Positions 1 through 7,269 of a stretch of 64,000 bases of DNA are shown here, in pieces; the first letter of the stretch is position 1; each line of letters begins with the position of its first letter. Below the pieces are notes generated by a model that saw nothing but the letters and a program-made list of their open reading frames with translations, made no database searches and had not been told where the DNA came from. The translations under genes were made by a program, and so were the position numbers. This DNA is from an uncultured Frigoriglobus sp. (GTDB taxonomy: Bacteria > Planctomycetota > Planctomycetia > Gemmatales > Gemmataceae): the NCBI GenBank assembly GCA_964495365.1, contig CAZBXY010000003.1, forward strand, positions 11,180 to 75,179. The letters run 5' to 3'.

Positions 1-728
1 TCTCCTGGCTCGACAAAGCCCTGAACTCGCCCGAGTTCCTCTCCGTCCGCCGTGACGGCAACCGCCACGGGAATGCCTTCAACCTCGAACACTTCTGCGA
101 CTGCGGTTCGCTCCTCGACATCTACCCTGAGCACCACCCAGTTGGTCAGCTCCTGCTTCACCCGGTCGTCGGGGTACGTCACGGCGTCCATGCGCTTGCA
201 TGGCGGACAGCCAGGCCCGTGGAACGCCAGCAGCAAGGGCTTCCCGGATTGCTTGGCCTTTTGAACTTCCTTCCGCAGGTCTTCGGGCAAGCGGGCCAGC
301 TCCCGACGCACCTTGCCTTCCGTCTTCAGGGCGAAAACAGCGTCCTTGACGACTTGCCCCTTGAATCCTTTCTGGCTCACGGCCTCCAGCATCTGCTCCA
401 GCGTGACCCGCGCCGGGTCGTAGATGATATGGAACTGATCTTTTTTCAGATCGACCTCGATCGATTCAAAGCCGGGAAGCCCTGACAGGGCTTCTTTGAC
501 CCCATTGGGGCAGGACAGTCAGGTGATCCCCTGTACCTTGGTCATGCCCTCGACGTAGAGCGTGACCCGCTGCTTGGCGGGGTTCGACGGTCCGCCCTGG
601 GTGGTCTCGGGCGAGGCCGACGGGTTCTGCGGGGAGTTATCTGCCTGCGGTGGGGTCTTCGTGCTGCACCCGGCCAGTAGCGCCACCAGCACACCGGCAC
701 CCAACACACCCTGAGCTAGTCTGGACAT
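1..728 (-). CDS. Putative selenoprotein: lipoprotein with HMA domain (UxxC) fused to a thioredoxin-like domain (CPPC); 3' end runs off the window
   Basis: ATG at 728 and lipobox LLAGC. The ORF track stops at TGA 521-519, but the same frame continues with no stop to base 3: VTLYVEGMTKVQGIT*LSCPNGVKEALSGLPGFESIEVDL...LLLAFHGPGCPPCKRMD...VEGIPVAV. The TGA falls at the first Cys position of the HMA CxxC. Confidence 0.75.
476..494 (-). promoter_or_regulatory. Candidate bacterial SECIS hairpin
   Basis: mRNA GAAGCCCU-GUC-AGGGCUUC forms an 8-bp stem. Its apical loop starts with GU, 32 nt after the UGA. Confidence 0.55.
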
Positions 729-973
729 GCGGTTTGTTTCTCCTTAGTTTCGTTGACTGGAGGCTTGCACCGGGCGGAAGTCCGCCGTCGGAACCACCAC
801 CATCCGGCCGCCAGAAGCAAGAAGCCGCCGGCCGCGATCAACGGCCAGCCGTGATCGGTCGCGAGGCCGGCCAAGACACCGAGGCCGCCGGATAACAGCA
901 GCAGTTTCACGCCGCAACACAGGGTGAGGGCGAGGCCGAACGTAGCAAGTCGATGACCCTTGTCTCGTGCCAT
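716..973 (-). CDS. Small MerF/MerT-like membrane protein
   Basis: MARDKG...LALTLCCGVKLLLL has vicinal Cys in the first of two hydrophobic segments. It lies in a mer-like operon and overlaps the next start. Confidence 0.6.
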   Translation of the reverse strand: MARDKGHRLATFGLALTLCCGVKLLLLSGGLGVLAGLATDHGWPLIAAGGFLLLAAGWWWFRRRTSARCKPPVNETKEKQTACPD

Positions 974-1107
974 GCCCTGTTCCCTTGTCGCCTCTCCGGG
1001 ATCGGGGAGGCTGTCTCGCTCCCGCTTGCCCACATTCGAGGTGATGCGAGGCCCCGGTTCGACCGCGGCCGTCAACCCCGCGCCTCGCACCGAACACGCA
1101 CTCCGTG

Positions 1108-1392
1108 TCATTTCTTTTCGATCTCGAAGTCCGTCACGATCAGCAGGGGCGGTCCCTTGGTGAAGTTGACCTTCGCCTCGGCGATGCCGTCCACCTTCTC
1201 CAGGGCCTTCTGCACGTGCTTCGCACAGTCCTCGCACGTCATGCCCTGGATGCTCAGGACGTAGCACTTGCCGGCCTTGGAGGGCTCCTGAGCGAAAGAG
1301 TCCGGCGTGGCGAGGATGCAGCAACCGCAGCACCACGCCAAGCCCATTCCCAGAACCACCGTCCCCGTCCGGATCGGCTTCAGCATCTCCAC
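1108..1392 (-). CDS. Exported MerP/HMA-domain protein, C-terminus possibly frameshifted
   Basis: Signal-like N-terminus and IQGMTCEDCAKHVQKAL motif. The domain ends early; an HMA-like tail (VRGAGLTAAVE) lies in another frame. Confidence 0.65.
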   Translation of the reverse strand: MEMLKPIRTGTVVLGMGLAWCCGCCILATPDSFAQEPSKAGKCYVLSIQGMTCEDCAKHVQKALEKVDGIAEAKVNFTKGPPLLIVTDFEIEKK

Positions 1393-1477
1393 GACACACT
1401 CCTTTGAAAGAGGTCATGACCACCCCCACTTGTCGGCCGTTCCATCGGCTAACTCCGGGCGAGGGCAACACCGGGCG

Positions 1478-2962
1478 TTACTTCTTCAGTTCGGCACTGT
1501 AGCCCGCATCCTGGACCGCGCGGAGCAACGCCTCCGGCTGGACGGCGCTTCCGGGCCGAGCCGTCACCACGGCCTCGGCCCTGCGGTAGTTCACTTCCAC
1601 CCGCGCCACGCCGGGCACCTTGCGGAGGGCTTGCTCGACGGTGGCGGCACAGCCCTCGCACGTCATTCCGCCCAGCCCCAGCCGGTAGACGGTCTCGCCC
1701 AGCCCCGTCCCCTCGGCGAACCGGGCCTCGTACCCCGCCTGGCGGACCGCTTCCAGGATGGCGTCCCGCGGCACCTCGCGTCCCGTGGGGACGAGCACAA
1801 CGGCCTGGGACTTCTCGTAACTGACGGTCGCCGCCGAAACCCCCGGCACGCCGCGGAGCGCCTTCTCGATGGTCGCCGCGCACCCTTCGCACGTCATGCC
1901 TTTGAGTTCCAGGATCAGCTGTTGGTGGTCGTCCGCGGTGACGGCCGTGGTCGTGTCGCGGTTGCCTCCCCCGAACAGCAGTCCGCTCCACCTGGGGAAC
2001 AGGGCGAACAACAGGATCACGACCGTCGCCACCCACAGCATGACCTGGTTGAACTGCCGCACGGTGAAGCGGCGGCGAACGGGCTGACTGGCGGCGTCCG
2101 GCTCCGGTTCGGTCGCGCAACAGGAATGAGCCGCAGGTGGTGTGGCTTCGGGGGCGCAGCAGGCTTCACCGGCGGACAGCGGAACCGGCTTGCCCCGCAG
2201 ACGGACCCACGCACTTCGGATGGCAGACCGGTAGGTGAAGTACCAGGCCACACCCAGCAGGGCAAAGGTGGCGGTGAGGAAGTACGGCCGGTAGCTCTCG
2301 AAGAAGCTGCCGACCCCGGCGGCGGAGAACCCGAAGGCGATCAGGAGCAAGGGGAGCCAGCAGCAGGCCGACGCGACGACGGCGGTGAAGGCGGCCCCGG
2401 CGGTCGCCAGGACGCCTCCCTTCTCCTTGCGGGGGCCTCCCCCGGCGGTCGAGGTTGGTACAGTGTCCGGTGTCCCCCGGCCGTTGGAGTGCGGCTGGTC
2501 CACCGCCGCGCCGGACTGCGCCGCGAGCTTGGCTCGAACCTCTTTGACGGCCCTGTTCACGTTGCCGAGGCAGCAGGAGCCCTGCGGGTTCGTCGTCTCG
2601 CACTGGCAGTACCCCTGCTGGACCTTCAGCTTGATGCGGTCGGGAATGGTCGTGGTTCCGGTCAGGCGCAGTTCTCGCTCGATGTCGTCGGTGGTCCAGT
2701 CGAAGCAATAGCAGACCTGGATCGGCAGCTCGGTCTCCTTGATCCCGACCGCGACTTTCAGCTGAGGCTTCGTGAACGTCCGACCGTCCGTGGTGAAGTA
2801 CACCACGTCGCACCCCTTGGCGTCACAGAAATAGTAGTCGGCGTCCTCTGCGATCTGGCCCTGAAACTCGTCACGGACGAGGGCGTGGAGCGTCACCGCC
2901 CCGACCTTCTTGCCCTTGGTCCTGCTGGTCGGGCAGACCGCCGTGCTGGTCGTCGTCGTCAT
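1478..2962 (-). CDS. Fusion: CopZ-N/Csac_0668-type Cys-rich (Zn/2Fe-2S) domain + MerT-like TM domain + two HMA domains
   Basis: YYFCDAKGCDVVYF...VCYCF...CQCETTNPQGSCCLGNV; ASACCWLPLLL...YRPYF (MerT-like); two GMTCEGC motifs. Confidence 0.8.
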   Translation of the reverse strand: MTTTTSTAVCPTSRTKGKKVGAVTLHALVRDEFQGQIAEDADYYFCDAKGCDVVYFTTDGRTFTKPQLKVAVGIKETELPIQVCYCFDWTTDDIERELRLTGTTTIPDRIKLKVQQGYCQCETTNPQGSCCLGNVNRAVKEVRAKLAAQSGAAVDQPHSNGRGTPDTVPTSTAGGGPRKEKGGVLATAGAAFTAVVASACCWLPLLLIAFGFSAAGVGSFFESYRPYFLTATFALLGVAWYFTYRSAIRSAWVRLRGKPVPLSAGEACCAPEATPPAAHSCCATEPEPDAASQPVRRRFTVRQFNQVMLWVATVVILLFALFPRWSGLLFGGGNRDTTTAVTADDHQQLILELKGMTCEGCAATIEKALRGVPGVSAATVSYEKSQAVVLVPTGREVPRDAILEAVRQAGYEARFAEGTGLGETVYRLGLGGMTCEGCAATVEQALRKVPGVARVEVNYRRAEAVVTARPGSAVQPEALLRAVQDAGYSAELKK

Positions 2963-3386
2963 CTACGTTTCTCCTGTCTGCGGTCTTGATCCCGTCGAGA
3001 GCTTCGAGGATCGGACATCGGCTGCTGTCCTCCTGCTTGCCACAGGACGACACCAACCGTCCGAGAACCTGCTTCATGCGGAGGAGCAGGGCGACCTTCT
3101 CCTCGATCTCCGTGATCTTGGCCTCGGCCCGCCACCGCACGTCGTCGCAAGGCTGGTACGAGCAGGACCGCAGCGACAACAAGTCCTTGATCTCGGTGAG
3201 GGTGAACCCGATGTCCTTGGCCCGCTGGATGAACCGGAGGCGGTTTACCGTCTGCTCGTCGTACTCCCGGTAGCCGGACACACGCCGGGACGGTTCTTCG
3301 AGCAGCCCGTTCTTCTCATAGAACCGCACCGTCTCGACACCCACCCCGGCGAGCCGGGCCACTTGTCCCGCCGTCATCGTCTTCAT
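2871..3386 (-). CDS. merR: MerR-family regulator, Hg/divalent type
   Basis: MTAGQVARLAGVGVETVRFYEKNGLL HTH. Three Cys match the C82/C117/C126 pattern (PCDDV; SCGKQEDSSRCPIL). Confidence 0.85.
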   Translation of the reverse strand: MKTMTAGQVARLAGVGVETVRFYEKNGLLEEPSRRVSGYREYDEQTVNRLRFIQRAKDIGFTLTEIKDLLSLRSCSYQPCDDVRWRAEAKITEIEEKVALLLRMKQVLGRLVSSCGKQEDSSRCPILEALDGIKTADRRNVDDDDDQHGGLPDQQDQGQEGRGGDAPRPRP

Positions 3387-3405
3387 AGCTCTTCCCTCAT
3401 GTCCC

Positions 3406-3437
3406 ATCATAAACCTCGTACTATACTACGAGGTCAA
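3406..3437 (-). promoter_or_regulatory. MerR-type promoter/operator
   Basis: TTGACC-20 nt-TATGAT with dyad ACCTCGTA-N6-TACGAGGT, directly upstream of merR. Confidence 0.85.
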
Positions 3438-3576
3438 GGGGAAAATCGGGAAGTGGCCGGAGTTTCTCCTAAATGTGGAAATCGCTTTCTGACCGAAACC
3501 TGGCGGCGTGGGTTTTTGGGGTGGCGATGCGGTTGCGCGAAACCGCCGAAGATGGTGAACTTGGCCCCCTATCTCG

Positions 3577-4368
3577 CTATTCGGTTTGGGTGAAGATCAT
3601 GCAGGTGTCGTGCAGGCCCGGAATGAAGCTGCTGCGGTAGACTTTGTGGCTGCTGCTCGCACCGTGACTGAACCGGACGATGTCGGTGCAGCACTGCCGC
3701 AATCCGACCTCGAAGGCAAGCCGCTTGGTATGCCACGTCAGTGGGACGTATCCTGCGTCGCGGTCGGAGTAGTCCCCCATCAGGACGGCCAGTCGCCCGC
3801 GCGGGCTGAGGGCCTGAGCGCAATTCCGCATCAGAAGTTCGTAGCGTTGCAGGAAGTCGTTCAGCGTCGGCGTCGTGGACAGGTCGCGGGGATCGTGGCT
3901 GTAGACTTTCTGCCGCCAGTAGGGCGGGTGAATCCACACGAAGTCGAACTTCTCGGCGGGGTAGCTTGCGAGATCGCAGGCGTCGAAGCCACTCTTCAGG
4001 TCCGCTGAGAAGTGGGAAATCCGCAGTTCCTTGCAGACGTCTCGGCATGTGCCGGAGCCGGTCATCGGGTCCATGACATTCCGGGGCTGGAAGTACCGGA
4101 GCAAGTCCTTGATGAAGTTTCCGGGACAGTTGCCGGGGTAGCGCCGGCTGCCGTAGTTGCCGGGGTCACTCTTGTGATAAAGGCTCGTGAGTTCCGGCAC
4201 GGGACTCGCGTTCTTTGGCGCTCGCGGGAGTCTGGCATACACCGACGGTTCGCGTCGGTTGCGTCTGTCAGGCTGTATCCTGCGAGCCGCGTTGTGGGTG
4301 TGGTTCCGGCGGACGGTTGCCATGACGGCTCCGCGCTGGATGTCGAGTATTTGCTTTCTGCTGATCAT
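3577..4368 (-). CDS. Orphan DNA amino-methyltransferase-like protein
   Basis: SAM-binding motif DPMTGSGT and catalytic-like motif IHPPY; RBS GGAGG before ATG 4368. Confidence 0.7.
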   Translation of the reverse strand: MISRKQILDIQRGAVMATVRRNHTHNAARRIQPDRRNRREPSVYARLPRAPKNASPVPELTSLYHKSDPGNYGSRRYPGNCPGNFIKDLLRYFQPRNVMDPMTGSGTCRDVCKELRISHFSADLKSGFDACDLASYPAEKFDFVWIHPPYWRQKVYSHDPRDLSTTPTLNDFLQRYELLMRNCAQALSPRGRLAVLMGDYSDRDAGYVPLTWHTKRLAFEVGLRQCCTDIVRFSHGASSSHKVYRSSFIPGLHDTCMIFTQTE

Positions 4369-4415
4369 TTTTTCCTCCAATGAAAGAGGCCGGGCTATGC
4401 CCGGCCCGTGGTTTG

Positions 4416-4670
4416 TTAAGCGGCTGGCGTCGGCTCTTCTTCCGGCTCCGGGAGTTGCTGGTGGAGAACGGAATGGACCTGATCGGCGAGCTTGGCGAGG
4501 GTCAGGAGGTCGTCGCGGCCGAAGCTGTCCGACCGCTTCCAGGTAGTGCCGTCCTTGTAGAGGCGACTGAAGGAGACGTTGTACCGGATGATGCCTCCGT
4601 TCTCGTTGGCCCAAACAGCGGCTTTGATTTTGCCGATCCGGATTTCGGTGGTGGGTTTTGCTTTCGTCAT
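4416..4670 (-). CDS. Small mobile-element protein, putative ssDNA-binding
   Basis: IRIGKIKAAVWANE...YNVSFSRLYKDGTTWKRSDSF..DDLL pattern is typical of plasmid/phage small beta proteins; RBS GGAAAAGGA. Function is inferred. Confidence 0.55.
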   Translation of the reverse strand: MTKAKPTTEIRIGKIKAAVWANENGGIIRYNVSFSRLYKDGTTWKRSDSFGRDDLLTLAKLADQVHSVLHQQLPEPEEEPTPAA

Positions 4671-5565
4671 GGTCTTTTCCTTTTCCTGTTGGCCAGCCTC
4701 TGCCCCCGCAAAGCCGGCGGTTAGTTTTTTCGTTCCGAATGTTTTTCCCGTTCGGAAGGGGCAACGGAGTTCGTTCACCCGCGGCTGACGAACCCCGGAT
4801 GACCCACTCCGAACGGGGTCCGCGGAACGAAAGACCGCCGGCCTGCCCGGGGCGGAGTCAGGCGGAGTGACGGGAGCGCCCGCCTCAAGGGGCATGACGG
4901 CTCTGCTGGCGTGACACTTGAGCAGTGACCGGAGCTCAGTCCGTGCGGCCAACCGGAGGGGAAAAGACGACCGAAGCGAACCGCCGACCGGTTCCAGCGG
5001 CGAACAACGAACCGCGATCCGGCGCAATGAGACCACGTCCGGTAGCCGTTTTCGGACTGCGGCGCAAGTTGGCGATGACTGAGCGTTCGAGGTGTGAGGC
5101 TGCGCGCCCTCCTCCCCTGCCGCTGCCGCCACCGGTGCCATGACCTTCTTGCAACATCCCTGTGGCGGGAAGGAAACGGGGCAGTCGGTTGGAACTTCGG
5201 GCCGGGTGTGCCCGTCATAAAGGGGAGTGGATCGGAGCAGTCGCCAAAGACCTCCACCTTCGGAAGGCAGGGAGGCTGATCGCAACTCGCTCTGGCCACG
5301 GGTGATGCGGCTGGAGCAGAGTCAAAGCCTTGACTTTTCAGCCGACGAGCCGATAAGTAAGTACCGCAAGTCGAGCGGTGGTCGGGAGTCCCCGAGAATC
5401 AGTGGGTGCCCGGCTCAAACTTCGACACTTCCGCGGAACCGCCTCGTGTCCATCTGACGCGGTTCTGCATCGGACAAAACTAGCTTTCAGTAACAAGTCA
5501 ATGAATCCCTCGTGTGGCGGCGTGAGCCTCCACCGTAGAGGCCCGCCGACACCACGAGAGAAAAG

Positions 5566-6345
5566 GTGTCGGAGATGGACAGTCAACGAGGTGATGGTCA
5601 GCGAATTGATTGGTCGGAGGCAGAAGAGAAGTTTCGACAGACTCTCCTCCGGCTGAAACGTGAAAATGCTAGCAGCCAGATGATTGCCGACGAGGTGGCG
5701 CGTAGCCCGTACATCCTCGGACTCGTCTGGTGGGTGACGAAAAAAGACTACCTGGCAAAGAGAAGGAACACCGGCAGGGCCTCGGTGCAGAAAACAACAG
5801 AGTGCCCGAACGAGGCCGGCAGTAAACCACGGTGGACGCCCCACCTCCCGGCCGGCTGGGAAGACCGACTTACCAACAACTGGGACGGTCGGGACGACTG
5901 GCGGAGCGAGACGGTCTGCGAACTGATCAAGTCGTGCCGACGGGGCGGGATGTTCCGCTGTGACCCGGAGCGACCGAAGGTCGGGCCATACTGGCGGCGG
6001 ATCGTCGAGTTCAAAGCGATACGGGCCGCGGACAGGCTCCGGCGGCAAGAACAGAAGTGGAGGCAGCCGAGGAAGGATGTCAAGGTGCTCTCCGATGCCG
6101 AGGCGATCGCAGAGCAACCGGTCGATGAAGACAAGCTGATGGACTTCCGGCTCGACATCGCCATGCTGGTGGACGGGCTGAAAGATCCGAGGCAAAGGGC
6201 GGTCATGCGGCTTTCCGCAGTCGAGGGGTACAACTATCCGGAGATCGCCGCCAAGTTGAGAATCAGTTTTGAACAGGTGAGGTACGCGGTGGAGCAGGCC
6301 CGGAAGGTGCTCACGCCGCAGGTCATGGATCGGAAAGGTCGGTAG
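5566..6345 (+). CDS. ECF-like sigma-70 factor
   Basis: C-terminal region-4 HTH: RQRAVMRLSAVEGYNYPEIAAKLRISFEQVRYAVEQARKVL. Start codon uncertain. Confidence 0.65.
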   Translation: MSEMDSQRGDGQRIDWSEAEEKFRQTLLRLKRENASSQMIADEVARSPYILGLVWWVTKKDYLAKRRNTGRASVQKTTECPNEAGSKPRWTPHLPAGWEDRLTNNWDGRDDWRSETVCELIKSCRRGGMFRCDPERPKVGPYWRRIVEFKAIRAADRLRRQEQKWRQPRKDVKVLSDAEAIAEQPVDEDKLMDFRLDIAMLVDGLKDPRQRAVMRLSAVEGYNYPEIAAKLRISFEQVRYAVEQARKVLTPQVMDRKGR

Positions 6346-6432
6346 GAAGGTCGCGTCTGGATGAGCGCCGATCGTTCGGCGCTCATCCCTCCGAAACTGG
6401 CAAAGCGGGTTCTCCCCGGCGAGGCTCTTCCA

Positions 6433-6813
6433 CTAACCCCGTGGGCTGCCGGTTTCGCTCATCCCATTTCGCAAATCCCCGGCATCGATCTCGGCCAGCG
6501 CTTCGGCCCACGACCGGAAACGGATCGTGAGGCGGTAGAGTTCCCGCCGCTCCGGCTCCGAGAGTCGCTTCTCCACCAGGGCGAGGAGCCGCTCCCGGTC
6601 TACCGGGGGTGCGGTGCGTTCGTCCTCGTACTTCGGCCTCGTCAGGCCGAATTCCTCCCAGACGTTTTGCGGTTCGCCGGCTTGGTGCTGCTGCGTGTGT
6701 GTGTTTGCCATGCGGTTCATGCTGCCAGAAACGCCGTTGCTAATCAACTCGCGGACGACGACTCGGCTCCCCTCCCCCTGCGGCGTGGCGAGGAGGGGAA
6801 ATCGCTTTCCCAC
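6433..6813 (-). CDS. Hypothetical protein
   Basis: Plausible helical C-terminal half (PPVDRERLLALVEKRLS...), convergent with the sigma gene. Start uncertain. Confidence 0.4.
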   Translation of the reverse strand: MGKRFPLLATPQGEGSRVVVRELISNGVSGSMNRMANTHTQQHQAGEPQNVWEEFGLTRPKYEDERTAPPVDRERLLALVEKRLSEPERRELYRLTIRFRSWAEALAEIDAGDLRNGMSETGSPRG

Positions 6814-6934
6814 CCCATCATACCCGCGCCGGGAAGAGATTCAGAGGCACCCACACGGGTCGGGACCGAAGCCGACAGGCTCCCCGGCCGGGCGGGGGCA
6901 GCCCGATGCCATGACAAAACCGAGCGGGGGAACC

Positions 6935-7228
6935 ATGAAGGAAAGCACAACGACGGTGGGGGTCCGGCTGAAGCCGCCCCTTTTGAAACGCCTCGATGAC
7001 GAGGCGAAGACTCGCAGTGTCACCAGAAGCGAATGCCTCCGGCAGATCACCGAAGAAGGGCTCAACGATGAGAAGGTGCGCCTCCTCCTTCAGGAGGTGC
7101 GCGAACTCAGGCAGCTCGTCCTGCTGCTCGACTGCCGGTGGAAGATCGGGCTGGTCGCCATCCTCGCCGACGCCGGAAAGGCGAGTGTCGAGGACGCGGA
7201 AGCGTTCGTGCGCGACAACCTTTCGTGA
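6935..7228 (+). CDS. Ribbon-helix-helix relaxase accessory protein (CopG/TrwA-like)
   Basis: TTVGVRLKPPLLKRLDDEAKTRSVTRSECLRQI RHH pattern, immediately upstream of the relaxase. Confidence 0.7.
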   Translation: MKESTTTVGVRLKPPLLKRLDDEAKTRSVTRSECLRQITEEGLNDEKVRLLLQEVRELRQLVLLLDCRWKIGLVAILADAGKASVEDAEAFVRDNLS

Positions 7229-7269
7229 TTGTGAAGGACACCGAAAATGTTCCAGACGGAGTTACGACC

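Noticed and set aside
1108-1110. TGA ending the MerP-like gene as a second Sec codon
   Set aside because: Not at a Cys-motif position, and another stop follows within 12 codons.
2871-2962. MerR C-terminal extension overlapping the next gene by 92 nt
   Set aside because: Likely a lost stop or 1-nt indel (a TAG sits just before the next ATG in another frame); no sign of function.
1307-2989. Long + strand ORF (560 aa) and many similar antisense ORFs (e.g. 24442-25986, 55981-57927, 58115-59704)
   Set aside because: Shadow frames of well-supported opposite-strand genes in high-GC DNA, with no motifs.
3495-3506. 12-mer GAAACCTGGCGG, inverted copy at 44739-44750, as element ends
   Set aside because: The match does not extend, no target duplication is seen, and it is plausible by chance.
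6692-6704. TGCGTGTGTGTGT as MOBF nic site
   Set aside because: Off-register against the consensus, inside a probable ORF, and no adjacent inverted repeat.
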